IMG/VR virus record: IMGVR_UViG_3300036766_000194
Location: 62,001-126,000 of that record
Direction: 5' to 3' (one strand)
DNA length: 64,000 bases
This document shows positions 37,357-47,396 of this stretch, one piece after another. Both the position numbers and the translations under genes were made by a program. Under the pieces are notes generated by a model. It saw only the letters and a list, made by a program, of their open reading frames with translations. It was not told the origin of the DNA and searched no databases. Every line of letters begins with the position of its first letter. Positions within the stretch are counted from its first letter, which is position 1.

Positions 37357-37385
37357 CAGTAGAATATAACTGGAGGAACGCCATG
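37357..37385 (+). promoter_or_regulatory. Promoter-RBS cassette
   Basis: CAGTAGAATATAACTGGAGGAACGCCATG; 23 nt identical to the cassette at 30047-30069. Confidence 0.7.
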
Positions 37386-37613
37386 AAAATCGGAGATTAT
37401 CGGACGCGGAAATGTTCGCCAGGGAAGCCGAGGCGAAGACGAATTATCGTCTCAAAATTCGAGCGAGGGTGGGAGGGTTGGGTTACGCTAGGAACTATGG
37501 TGGGAACCCGAGTGGAAAATCTCACCATGTCCTTGGATTGTGCGGAATTGACGACCGATAAGATTAGAAAATTTATCAAGGAAGTTCAGAAGGCTCATCG
37601 TCCGAGGAAATAA
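37383..37613 (+). CDS. Basic hypothetical protein
   Basis: Directly follows the cassette. Confidence 0.65.
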   Translation: MKIGDYRTRKCSPGKPRRRRIIVSKFERGWEGWVTLGTMVGTRVENLTMSLDCAELTTDKIRKFIKEVQKAHRPRK

Positions 37614-37722
37614 CATGGACCAACAACTCCAAGATGATAAGAAAATAGGTCGCATGGTTGGTCCTATTGCGATTGTGGAAAGAGCGATGGATGAAATCTA
37701 CCTTGACAGGAGAGGCTATTAA

Positions 37723-37980
37723 ATGCCCCAGGGAACCGTAGAACTAAATTGTAAGATTTGTGGAGCCAAGGTTAAAATTCCTTGGGGAAAGCCTCTTTCT
37801 CCTTTGGCTACGCAGTGTTCTTTCGGGTGCTACGAAATTTACCCTGGTATTCTTTCTTGGGATGCCAAAAAGAAAAAATTGAAGATCCTTCGCTCCGCTG
37901 CTGTTAAACTTCTTCAGAGATACAAGACTTATGATAATCTCATCCGAGAATGTCAGGCGATAGAAAAAGTAAATTCTTAG
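37723..37980 (+). CDS. Hypothetical protein with CxxC
   Basis: GGAGAGG RBS; CKIC...C..GC. Confidence 0.6.
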   Translation: MPQGTVELNCKICGAKVKIPWGKPLSPLATQCSFGCYEIYPGILSWDAKKKKLKILRSAAVKLLQRYKTYDNLIRECQAIEKVNS

Positions 37981-38003
37981 TATCTATTAAAGAGGGTGGT
38001 AGC

Positions 38004-38249
38004 ATGGAAACTAAGAATCAACTCATGTTGCGTGTAAATGGTATTGTTATCAATGAAGTAAAACTTCGTCGTAAAGTCATTGATGGCCATTTGTCCGAGA
38101 AATACGAAGTAGAAGTGAATGATCCAATTCTTGGAAAACTCTCTTTAACGAATGATTTTTTGATAGAGGTCAAGGGTGGGGTCAGTCCCAAAGTTTGGCA
38201 CACTATAATTTTGGACAATCTTGTAACACTACTTTTCGACAATAAATAG
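38004..38249 (+). CDS. Hypothetical protein
   Basis: GAGGG RBS before ATG at 38004. Confidence 0.55.
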   Translation: METKNQLMLRVNGIVINEVKLRRKVIDGHLSEKYEVEVNDPILGKLSLTNDFLIEVKGGVSPKVWHTIILDNLVTLLFDNK

Positions 38250-38282
38250 ATATTTTAACATTCATTTTAGGAGTGAATAATC

Positions 38283-38438
38283 ATGGCCTATAGGTATGAC
38301 GAAGACGAGCCGCTTTCCCCTGATGAGGAAGAAATTGTTGAGGATGAAGAAGTCGTCGTTGTTCCTGAAGAGGAAGATGACGACCCCGACCCCGTATATG
38401 AAGATTACGGGGATTCTTACGACGAAGATGACGAATAA
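38283..38438 (+). CDS. 51-aa hyper-acidic protein (below the ORF-track cut-off)
   Basis: AGGAG RBS; MAYRYDEDEPLSPDEEEIVEDEEVVVVPEEEDDDPDPVYEDYGDSYDEDDE (27 D/E, 1 R). Confidence 0.7.
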   Translation: MAYRYDEDEPLSPDEEEIVEDEEVVVVPEEEDDDPDPVYEDYGDSYDEDDE

Positions 38439-38453
38439 ATAGTATTAAATAGT

Positions 38454-41400
38454 GTGACCGACACACTACCTACTTGTCCCCTTATAACCTCCTACACTAG
38501 AGAGTTCGGACTCCCGGACGCTACTCTAGAGAAACTGTATGCGGTTCGTCAGTGGGATGTAGAACAACTCCTTCCTTTTAAATGGCCCGCTCAACTAAAG
38601 ACCCATACTCCTGAGGGGCCGTTACACTTACGAGAATATCAAAAGCAAGCCGCTCATCATTTGATAAGGATGCCTAGATTCATATTGGGAGATGCTGTAG
38701 GATTAGGAAAAGCACAACCTCTCACCGCTAAAATTCTTACTCCTACGGGATGGACTACCATGGGAGAAATTAAAGTGGGTGACGCCGTAGTCGATCCCGA
38801 CGGCGGAATCGGTTATGTAGAGGGGGTGTATCCTCAAGGAGAGAAGGAAATCTTTAGATTAAGAACCAATGACAGTTGTCAAACAGAGTGTTGTGAGGAA
38901 CATCTTTGGACTGTTCAAACAGTTGATGATAGAATAAAAGGAAAATTTCGTACTCTGACCACGAAACAGCTTTTAGAAAAAGGTCTGTTTGAAATTAACG
39001 GTCCGGAAGGTTGGCACCGTAATAGATTCTTTTTACCCTCAATAAAACCTAGCTCCTTTCAAGCAAGAAGTTCTCTTTCTATTAAATCCTACACGATGGG
39101 TGCTCTTTTAGGTGACGGTACTTTTCGACATCATATGGCTTTTTCGGTTGCTGAAAGAGAAATACTAGAACGTGTTGAGAAAGAACTTCCTTCAACATTG
39201 AATTTGAAGCATGTAGGAGATCACGATTACAATATCATCACCCCTACTAGAAAAAACAACGCATATATTAATGCTATGAGGAAATTGGGTTTGTTTGGAC
39301 ACTTTTCTTATGAGAAATTTATCCCAGAGTGCTACTTGAAATCTTCGATTTCTAACAGAATAGAACTTCTTAGAGGAATAATGGATACCGATGGTGAATG
39401 TGGGAAAAGCTATGGGGCTTATTTTTCTTCTACCTCATTTCACCTTGCTAACGATGTAGCAGATTTGGTCCGTTCCCTTGGAGGAATAGCTAAAATTAAG
39501 TATGGAGGGAAAGGAAAGTACAAAAAGAAAGATGGCACAATTAAAATCTGTCGAGGTAGTTGGAATGTCAGCATCAAGACGTCGTTTGTTCCTTTTCACT
39601 TAACTAGGAAGGTACAAATTTGGAAACCTCCGATATTTGCTAGGGCAATTCTAGATATTTCTTCTGTGGGTGTCAAGTCTGCTCAGTGTATTCGTGTTTC
39701 AACCAAACGAAACCTATACATTACAGATGATTATATACCCACGCATAATACTCTAGACTGTATCGCTGCTGCCGCATATCTTAAAGGACGTTTTCCTAAC
39801 ATCAAAATCATTGTATTAGCAACAAAGTCCACTACGTTGCAGTGGGCTAGTGAGTTTGAACGTTTCTCTACATTACGACCTTATGTTATGCAGGACACAT
39901 TTGGTAAAAAGTCTTCTTACCCCGCACGATTTGATCAGCTTCATACATTCTTCCACTCAAAAAAGATAGATGTAATGATTTGTAAATACTCTTCTATGAT
40001 TGGTAAGAGGAAGAAAATAGAAGGTCGATTTGATTCTGAAGGTAATCCAGTAAAACAGGGTCGAGAACGTATTGCTAGTGAAGTGAGAGAATTCTGTAAG
40101 ATCATTAAACCTTACAAAGAAAACGTCATTCTTATACTTGACGAGTGTCAGAAGTTCAAAGCTCAACCGTTGACTTCAAAAGTGCTAACTCCTGAAGGTT
40201 GGAAATTTATGGGAGAACTACAATTAGGAGATAAGGTAGTCGATCCTGATGGTGGATGGGGTAAAGTCAGTGAACTTCACCCAATACACGAAGCCGAAGT
40301 TTTTCAGTTGACCACCGATGACGGATGTAAAGCACAAGCTGCAGATAAACACCTTTGGTTGGTGACAGACGAGAATAACAGACAGAGGAATACAGATCGT
40401 ATCCTCACCACTCAAAACTTAATCACTGAGATAGTTCGTCGTAAGATTTTAAAAAGACCTCTATCTATCCCGGTAACAAAACCTGTAAACTTTACACCTA
40501 AGCGAAAAAGACTCCCCATTTCTCCCTATGTTTTGGGTGTTCTATTGGGAGATGGAAGCATTGCCTACGATGGTGTGGGCTTTACGAATGAAGATTTAGA
40601 GATAGTGGAACATTGTAAGACCCTTCTTCCAGCCTCTTTGAAGATTATTCAAGATAACTATGATCTCATTTTTTGGCGGGTAGTTCAGAAAAAAGTACAT
40701 TTTGGAAAAACATTAGTGCGTTGGGCAGGAAGAAAAGATGGGAGTAAAAAACCTTCCTGGAGAACTCACGAATACGCTTATTGGTTGCGCCGTTTTGGGT
40801 TAAGAGGTAAAAGAGCGCATGAAAAGTACATCCCTCTAGATTATTTGCGAGCAAGTATCCCCCAACGCATCGAATTATTGCGAGGATTACTTGATACAGA
40901 CGGGAGTATTTCTGACACGGGACAGATTATTCTCAACACCACATCTAAGGCTCTAGCTGAAAATACACTAGAATTAGTGCGCTCACTTGGTGGGGTGGCA
41001 AGAATCCACGGACCTTACGAGGGAAGTTACACTAAAAATGAAAGAAAAATAACAACTCGAAATTTCTGGAGAATAAGTCTCTTCACTCCTATAAACCCGT
41101 TCCGTTTATCTAGAAAAGCAGAAAAATGGGAGAAGCAGAGAAAGTTAAAACGTAGCAGTCAAATGTCAGCTCGAGCTAAGAGAATAGTAACCATCGATAC
41201 CTTGGGAAGAAATTTAGTACGGTGCATCACTGTGACCACAAAACGAGGATTGTATATTACAGATGACTATCTAGTTACACACAACAGTGTCGGGGGGAGT
41301 CATCGTTATCTAGTACAGGCATTACAAAAACAATGTGGATGGGTCTGGGCATTAACCGCTACGGTGATCAAGAATGATCTTAGCGAATTTTATAGTATTG

Positions 41401-42563
41401 CCTCCGCCATAGGCATTCGTCCTTTCGGTTACATGAGAGATTTTGAGGAAGAATTCTGTATATTTTATGACCAGTACATTGGTGGTGGTAGAAGCATCAA
41501 AACTCTAAAAGGATACCAGAACGTTGCCAAGTTTAAGGCGGGTATAAGACCCTTCTTTTATGGAAGGTCTCAGGCTCAAGTTAAAGAACCCTTACCTAAA
41601 CTCACCACCATTTACCACCGAGTGGACTTAAATGACGAACAAGCTAAATTACTTCTAACAGATATTCCCCAAGGAAAGTTTGTCCTTCCTCCCACGTTTG
41701 TTGAACATAATGGGGAGATGTATCTGCGTGAACGAGACGTCAACAATAATATGACGATGTTGTCCGTATATCAACTTGTTGCTAATCATCCGGGTCTATT
41801 AGACAGATCAAACATAAAAGATTTTTACAGTAAAAAGCTGTCTCCCAAAGAAGAGTGTCTGTTAGATATGTTAGATGGAGACTACCGGGGAGAGAAGATT
41901 ATTGTCTATACAAAGTATCGTTCTTGGATTGATCGTCTAGAAAAGATCACCAAGGATGGACATTTCACCGACCGTAAATTCCTACGCATAACCGGGAATG
42001 AAAATGAACAGGAACGGCACGAAGCTAAACTTAAATTTCAAGATCCTAATTCCGGGTACGATCTAATTGTTATCAATGCCGCAGGTATGGAAGGAATTAA
42101 TCTACAACAAGCCGCCCATATGATTTTATTGGATGCTCCGTGGTCTTGGGGAGACCTTATACAGTTGGTAGGAAGAATGATCCGCATGGCTTCTCCTCAC
42201 TCGGCTTGTACTCTTCACGTTCTTACCGCAAAGGGTACTATTGACGAGTACACCATTGAAACTCTAAAGGGTAAGAAAGGTGTTTTTGAATCAATCCTAG
42301 GAGAGTCTCATTCTGCGGGTATCTTAGATGATGGATTGGGGTATGACATAGCTAGCGGTATGGAAGCGGTGGGGACCGAAGAAGAATTCAAATCCATGTT
42401 AACGGCGCATATAAAATCGGTAGGCATGTCGGATTTCCTAGAAGGAGAACTTCTTATTCAGGCGCGGGAAGACGACCAATACAAGATGGTATTTGAAAAG
42501 GGTGGACGAAAGAGAAAGGAGAAAGTCAGTGACAAAGATCTTCTCGACAGATGGGGCATATAG
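38454..42563 (+). CDS. SNF2-family helicase with two inteins
   Basis: LREYQ, GDAVGLGK|T (Walker A), ILDECQKFK|S, LTAT.IKN.L.EFY, NAAGMEGINLQ and QLVGR..R. Confidence 0.92.
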   Translation: MTDTLPTCPLITSYTREFGLPDATLEKLYAVRQWDVEQLLPFKWPAQLKTHTPEGPLHLREYQKQAAHHLIRMPRFILGDAVGLGKAQPLTAKILTPTGWTTMGEIKVGDAVVDPDGGIGYVEGVYPQGEKEIFRLRTNDSCQTECCEEHLWTVQTVDDRIKGKFRTLTTKQLLEKGLFEINGPEGWHRNRFFLPSIKPSSFQARSSLSIKSYTMGALLGDGTFRHHMAFSVAEREILERVEKELPSTLNLKHVGDHDYNIITPTRKNNAYINAMRKLGLFGHFSYEKFIPECYLKSSISNRIELLRGIMDTDGECGKSYGAYFSSTSFHLANDVADLVRSLGGIAKIKYGGKGKYKKKDGTIKICRGSWNVSIKTSFVPFHLTRKVQIWKPPIFARAILDISSVGVKSAQCIRVSTKRNLYITDDYIPTHNTLDCIAAAAYLKGRFPNIKIIVLATKSTTLQWASEFERFSTLRPYVMQDTFGKKSSYPARFDQLHTFFHSKKIDVMICKYSSMIGKRKKIEGRFDSEGNPVKQGRERIASEVREFCKIIKPYKENVILILDECQKFKAQPLTSKVLTPEGWKFMGELQLGDKVVDPDGGWGKVSELHPIHEAEVFQLTTDDGCKAQAADKHLWLVTDENNRQRNTDRILTTQNLITEIVRRKILKRPLSIPVTKPVNFTPKRKRLPISPYVLGVLLGDGSIAYDGVGFTNEDLEIVEHCKTLLPASLKIIQDNYDLIFWRVVQKKVHFGKTLVRWAGRKDGSKKPSWRTHEYAYWLRRFGLRGKRAHEKYIPLDYLRASIPQRIELLRGLLDTDGSISDTGQIILNTTSKALAENTLELVRSLGGVARIHGPYEGSYTKNERKITTRNFWRISLFTPINPFRLSRKAEKWEKQRKLKRSSQMSARAKRIVTIDTLGRNLVRCITVTTKRGLYITDDYLVTHNSVGGSHRYLVQALQKQCGWVWALTATVIKNDLSEFYSIASAIGIRPFGYMRDFEEEFCIFYDQYIGGGRSIKTLKGYQNVAKFKAGIRPFFYGRSQAQVKEPLPKLTTIYHRVDLNDEQAKLLLTDIPQGKFVLPPTFVEHNGEMYLRERDVNNNMTMLSVYQLVANHPGLLDRSNIKDFYSKKLSPKEECLLDMLDGDYRGEKIIVYTKYRSWIDRLEKITKDGHFTDRKFLRITGNENEQERHEAKLKFQDPNSGYDLIVINAAGMEGINLQQAAHMILLDAPWSWGDLIQLVGRMIRMASPHSACTLHVLTAKGTIDEYTIETLKGKKGVFESILGESHSAGILDDGLGYDIASGMEAVGTEEEFKSMLTAHIKSVGMSDFLEGELLIQAREDDQYKMVFEKGGRKRKEKVSDKDLLDRWGI
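38712..39749 (+). mobile_element. Ala1 class 3 intein (346 aa) in Walker A, with LAGLIDADG endonuclease
   Basis: GK|AQPLTAK ... EEHLW ... LLRGIMDTDG ... AQCIRV ... YITDDYIPTHN|T. Confidence 0.9.
40161..41285 (+). mobile_element. Ala1 class 3 intein (375 aa) just after Walker B, with LAGLIDADG endonuclease
   Basis: FK|AQPLTSK ... DKHLW ... LLRGLLDTDG ... VRCITV ... YITDDYLVTHN|S. Confidence 0.9.
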
Positions 42564-42940
42564 GAACGGTCACAAAACATCTCGTTACCGGGCAGTCAGA
42601 GGCCATTCACCTGAATGTCGAGAATGTCGTCGGATTAGAAATGAGAGATCTTGGTTGAGAACCTATGGTGCCCGTGAGCGTGCCAAATTGGACGGTCTCA
42701 TTTGTACACTGGACGGCCCTGTATTTGGTGATGAGTTCGTGGTCAACAAGAAAAAAGTTCGTGGACATGCAGGACCTAATGCTCTGTCCCCAACACTGGA
42801 CCGGATTTGCCCGGAATTGGGATATACCCGGAAACGTAGTAATAATTTCACATAGAGCGAATGCTATTAAGCAACGCGAGATCGATCCTAAAATGATTCG
42901 TCGTGTTGCAGATTGGCTCGAAGGAGTACTTAATGGCTGA
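42550..42940 (+). pseudogene. Frameshifted HNH-like endonuclease remnant
   Basis: PVFG...NALSPTLDRI.PELGY in one frame continues as PGNVVIISHRANAIK in another (shift near 42827). Confidence 0.65.
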
Positions 42941-43265
42941 CTTTTTACAAGACTCTAAGGGTGCGCCCTTATTTCTTCGTGATCCTTATTGGAACACTTT
43001 GGCTGGGAGGACCTGACGGGTATGACAGATGGTGCTGTAAATGCCTTAAAGGTTGCTTACCTCTTCAATGCTAGAAATGAGGAATTGTTAGAAAATTCTG
43101 ATATCGTTCTAAGAAAATGCTATATGCTATGAAACTATGTTGGATAGGATATCATCGCTGGGTTCTTAATGGGACTAAATCAGACCGTTTCATGTACGTC
43201 TGTGAATACTGCGGTAAGCATAAAGAGGTCTTCACTTTTGCGGAAGTACCAGATCGTTGGCTAAA

Positions 43266-43595
43266 ATGAGTAAGCTGCCGTTACTAATCAATGCTGTTAC
43301 GATCTCCGTCTCCTTTTCTGATAAGGAATACGGAAAAGGACAAGAATTTTTCCAGAATATCAGTGCCAAGATTCCCGCAGATTATACAGGGATCCCCTTA
43401 GAACGACTTGATGATGTTTGTGATCATTCTCTTGACATGTTTTTTGCGGCTTGGAAATCTATACTTACAGATCGTTTCATAGCAGGAAACATAAAGGGTG
43501 AAGAATACAAAACTATCCTAGCAGCTGCAACAGCTAGAATTGAAAAGGTGAGAGGTTATCTAAGAAAACATGAATCCGACCAGTCACATTCTTAA
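43266..43595 (+). CDS. Hypothetical protein
   Basis: ATG overlapping the stop of a small upstream ORF. Confidence 0.65.
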   Translation: MSKLPLLINAVTISVSFSDKEYGKGQEFFQNISAKIPADYTGIPLERLDDVCDHSLDMFFAAWKSILTDRFIAGNIKGEEYKTILAAATARIEKVRGYLRKHESDQSHS

Positions 43596-45171
43596 CGAAC
43601 TACAAGCAGAAACCTTACTAGAGGGAAGTCATGTTCTGTCTCAAATTGAAATTCTGAGTAAAGGTCTTAAATACAAGACGAGTAATCATGAAGTCGGTTT
43701 TGAAGATTTCTTTGGAATTATCCAACAAGAGATTTCTTCTCTTCCCCGCTTAGAGTTAGAATCATCTATTACTCCCGGAACAGAATCCCAATATCAGGTT
43801 CAACTTGTCACTGCTTTAGAAAAGATTTTTGATGCTTCAGATTTGGTACTCAACCGTCTTTTATTTTTCCAGTCTAAACTCCGCGCTGCTCTTCAACAGG
43901 CAAACGTACTTGAGGTTACTTTCATTGCCTGGTATTCTATCGCCGTAGCAGAGGCTTTGGAAAATTATAAGACTATCAAATTGACATCCACCGTTATCAA
44001 GGCTCTTGCTCAGGCTGAGTTTGGTCGCCTTATGAATGGCGTCAACATAGATCTGGAAACTCTGATGGAAGCTACCAAGATTTTATCAAAACAGATTCAA
44101 TCCCATAAGAGTGTTGCTCAAGAAAAATATAACTTGGGTAAAGATCAAGTCAATGCTTCTTGGACTAGTCAGAATCTTCCCGCTGAAGGACTAGCTGATA
44201 GTGATGGAGCCTTAGAACTGATAAGAGTTGAATCTGAAGAGGAAGACAATACGTCTATTCCAGTTTATGCCCCTCGTCTTGGACCTGGTAAAGAAAGAAT
44301 AGCAGAGATAACAAAAGAAACTGAAAAACTTGTAGAATCTATTACGGAAGAACTTACCGTAAGGGATCTGCATCAGATTGAAGAAAAGCAACTTGCTGAG
44401 GGACGCCCGGTGTTTCCTACTTCGGATGAACATCCTCCTAAGAACTGTCCTCCCTGTATTAATCCAAAGATTTGTCGAGATCTAGATCGTTGTATGCTTG
44501 AGCCTGTTCCGGTAAATCAAACGGAAGTTATAAGTGAGAAAGATCCAGGAAATGAGATCCTAGTGTCTGACGACAAAGTCCTAGCATCTTTTGGTGAGGG
44601 GATGACACTAGAAAATTTTGTCATCACAGCTACTAACGCTGAGGGAAAAGACATCTCGGTTGTTAAATTTGTACAGCCGGGAGCGGGAGTTATTGTAACT
44701 CGTACTAAGGATGGGTACCCGGATAAAATAAAATGTAATGTTTGCCATCATCGTATTCGTATAGGACAAGAGATGTATGGTAACGGTTCAGGATGGGCAC
44801 ATGCTGTTGGAACTGATTGTTTAAACAAAGGTAAAGAAGAACAGTCTGAGAAAGAAGAAATAGCTAACATCTTAGGAGTTCCAGTGGAACAGATCCACAC
44901 TCTTTCTGTAACTCCCGAACAAGTCGTGGAAGTACAGAAGGACCAGGAAATCAAAGGAACTTTTATAAAACAGGGAGACCCCGCGCCTGTTATTTCTATG
45001 GGAGAAGTTAGTGAAGCCACAGTTGTAAGTCATGTTTCAGACCAGTTTGAACCTATTTCTGAAGAACCATCTACTGCCATTACTTTGGCTCTAATGATGG
45101 AACAAAATTCTGCTATGATTAAGCCTCCGCGTCGGAAGTTAGAAATACTATCGGAAGATGAGAATATCTAA
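43570..45171 (+). CDS. Hypothetical protein, helical N-terminus and acidic C-terminus with Cys clusters
   Basis: 533-aa ORF; CPPC..C..C and C.VC.H...H...DC. Confidence 0.75.
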   Translation: MNPTSHILNELQAETLLEGSHVLSQIEILSKGLKYKTSNHEVGFEDFFGIIQQEISSLPRLELESSITPGTESQYQVQLVTALEKIFDASDLVLNRLLFFQSKLRAALQQANVLEVTFIAWYSIAVAEALENYKTIKLTSTVIKALAQAEFGRLMNGVNIDLETLMEATKILSKQIQSHKSVAQEKYNLGKDQVNASWTSQNLPAEGLADSDGALELIRVESEEEDNTSIPVYAPRLGPGKERIAEITKETEKLVESITEELTVRDLHQIEEKQLAEGRPVFPTSDEHPPKNCPPCINPKICRDLDRCMLEPVPVNQTEVISEKDPGNEILVSDDKVLASFGEGMTLENFVITATNAEGKDISVVKFVQPGAGVIVTRTKDGYPDKIKCNVCHHRIRIGQEMYGNGSGWAHAVGTDCLNKGKEEQSEKEEIANILGVPVEQIHTLSVTPEQVVEVQKDQEIKGTFIKQGDPAPVISMGEVSEATVVSHVSDQFEPISEEPSTAITLALMMEQNSAMIKPPRRKLEILSEDENI

Positions 45172-45716
45172 TGAATAACTATCCGAGTTACAAGGGATTG
45201 CGACCTCTTATGGAAGACATACCAGAACCTGTTCGTTCTAAGTTGTGGAATATCTACTTAGAAAATCATGAAAGATTCACAGGAACTCAAGGTTCTTCCC
45301 ATAACCATCAGACGTGGAAAGGTGGATATTATGACCATGTTCGTGAAGTCATGAATATCGCGGAAGTACTCTATGGGACGTTGTCTTCCCTTAGAAAATT
45401 ACCGTTCAAACTTACCGACGCTCTCATTGTTCTATTTCTACATGATATAGAAAAACCTTGGAAGGAAGAGTACAAATTAAAAAAGGAAGAACGTGAAACT
45501 TTCCGTAGAGCAATAATTTCTAAGTATGAAATTCCTCTTACAGAAGAGCAGAGTGATGCTCTTCGCTATGTAGAAGGAGAGAATTCAGACTATTCCTCAG
45601 AAAAGCGTAATATGAATGAGTTGGCAGCATTTTGTCACATGTGTGATATAGCCAGTGCTCGTATATGGCATGATCGCCCCAGAGTTTCTGAAACTTGGGG
45701 CTGGAGAATATTGTGA
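45171..45716 (+). CDS. HD-domain phosphohydrolase
   Basis: GS.HNHQ.W.GGYYDHV, FLHDIEK and CD.AS. Confidence 0.75.
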   Translation: MNNYPSYKGLRPLMEDIPEPVRSKLWNIYLENHERFTGTQGSSHNHQTWKGGYYDHVREVMNIAEVLYGTLSSLRKLPFKLTDALIVLFLHDIEKPWKEEYKLKKEERETFRRAIISKYEIPLTEEQSDALRYVEGENSDYSSEKRNMNELAAFCHMCDIASARIWHDRPRVSETWGWRIL

Positions 45717-46156
45717 ATCATTATTTGAAGTATGTTTTAAATTTAGGACAACTACAAAGGTGGTACGCTTCTCATGGGACTTCTGGAGCGCAGATACACT
45801 TAGAAGTCATACCCTGGTGGTGTTCTGTGCTTCAATTTGTAGCTGACAGGGGATGTTGGCCTCTCCACTTTATTGAATTTCCCGACTGGCCCGAGTGGCA
45901 CGATGAAGATTTTGGAGCCACTACTCCTAAACAATGTTATGGAGATTTGGGATGTCTGTGGGATTGGTACGTTATTCAGTGGGTCTATCAACTCACTTGG
46001 AAGTTTACAAAGGATTTTTGGATTCCCTTAACAGCTGAACAACAGGAGAAGTTTACCCACCACGATACAAAGATCTGGTGGATGCAAAATCAACGGAGTC
46101 TAGAATGGAACTTGAAAGAAGAAAGAGCCAAAGATGAATGTGGAGATAAAACTTAG
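45695..46156 (+). CDS. Trp-rich hypothetical protein
   Basis: 153-aa ORF in operon. Confidence 0.55.
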   Translation: MGLENIVNHYLKYVLNLGQLQRWYASHGTSGAQIHLEVIPWWCSVLQFVADRGCWPLHFIEFPDWPEWHDEDFGATTPKQCYGDLGCLWDWYVIQWVYQLTWKFTKDFWIPLTAEQQEKFTHHDTKIWWMQNQRSLEWNLKEERAKDECGDKT

Positions 46157-46610
46157 CCCTAGTTTTCAAGGTCCCACCCTCTTAGAGTTAGAACCTGTAA
46201 TTGACGAAACCTCTGGTAAGATTGAAGTTCGTTGGGAGAATAGTAAACCGGAAGTATCTCTCTTATATAAGAACTCTCACCGTTCTTATATTTTATATGT
46301 CAAAGATATCTCTACTTTGGAACGTTCTGTTTCTATGTTGGGGGTGTCTTTTATAATAGATTCTACATTGTTAGAATCTGCTCGTCTTTCTTTGACAAGT
46401 CGCCGTGCTGCTCATAACTGGGATAACATAGCCGGGCAATATGGGACAAACGTAAGTAGAAGCATTCTGACACGTCTTCTAGCAGACAGCCTCCGTAAGG
46501 GTAAAGATCCTAAAAGAACTGCCCTAGTGACAAGAGAAGTTCTTCTAGAGGGTGTCTCTCCTGTAGACGCGGGTATACTGTTAAGAATTCGAGAAATTAG
46601 GGGCCACTGA
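46134..46610 (+). CDS. Hypothetical protein
   Basis: 158-aa ORF in operon. Confidence 0.6.
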   Translation: MNVEIKLSPSFQGPTLLELEPVIDETSGKIEVRWENSKPEVSLLYKNSHRSYILYVKDISTLERSVSMLGVSFIIDSTLLESARLSLTSRRAAHNWDNIAGQYGTNVSRSILTRLLADSLRKGKDPKRTALVTREVLLEGVSPVDAGILLRIREIRGH

Positions 46611-46867
46611 TGAGAGATTACGAGATAGGGATGGTTTCTGTTAAATTAGCAGATACAAAGCTATTCGTTCGTATGACTACCGAGGGAAATCCTCAATTAG
46701 TCCGAATTGAGCCTCTATACAACGATAATGGAGTTCTTATTCCTATATCAGTAATGATGTATATAGATGAAGAACCTGGAGTTCTCATGGATAGGGTAGT
46801 GGCAGAAATGATGGCCGATGCTTATACTCCTTTGGAGATTTCTAGGTGGAAGGATGAATGCAATTGA
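46610..46867 (+). CDS. Hypothetical protein
   Basis: TGATG coupling. Confidence 0.6.
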   Translation: MRDYEIGMVSVKLADTKLFVRMTTEGNPQLVRIEPLYNDNGVLIPISVMMYIDEEPGVLMDRVVAEMMADAYTPLEISRWKDECN

Positions 46868-47188
46868 AAGAGATAATGTCAAGGAGTGTTCTAAAACGTA
46901 TAGCAGCCCAAAAGGGAGAATCATTTCCTAACTTTTCTAATGAGTTAACGGGTAGAATAACCCCAGAGTCTGAAGCTATAAAGAACGTTGAATTAATCTC
47001 AATGGACCCTGAGACGGCTGATAAAATTGAGGGTCAACATGAATAGGGAACAACTGAATAGATTCCGTAAGTCTTTAAAAAGAGTGAGGGCGAAACATGG
47101 TAATACTAGTCTACAAGCCCGAAAATTTCTTCAAGAAGCGGGTATTCATACGCCTTCTGGAAAATTGACAGCCAAGTATCGGTGACTA

Positions 47189-47392
47189 ATGTTCTGTCAA
47201 TGCTCACATAATAAAGAGCGACATAATGATCAAGGTCAATGTTGTGCTAATGTAAAGGTTGTCCATGAAGGAAAGGAATTTATTAAACGCTGTGGTTGTA
47301 CAAAATATCGTGAGGACAAGCCGAGAACTTTAAGGGATATAACACCGGAAGAACTTTTAACTCTTCCTATAACCACTCCGTATTTCATGTGA
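47189..47392 (+). CDS. Cys/His-rich hypothetical protein
   Basis: C.CSH...RH....C...C.C. Confidence 0.6.
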   Translation: MFCQCSHNKERHNDQGQCCANVKVVHEGKEFIKRCGCTKYREDKPRTLRDITPEELLTLPITTPYFM

Positions 47393-47396
47393 CTTT

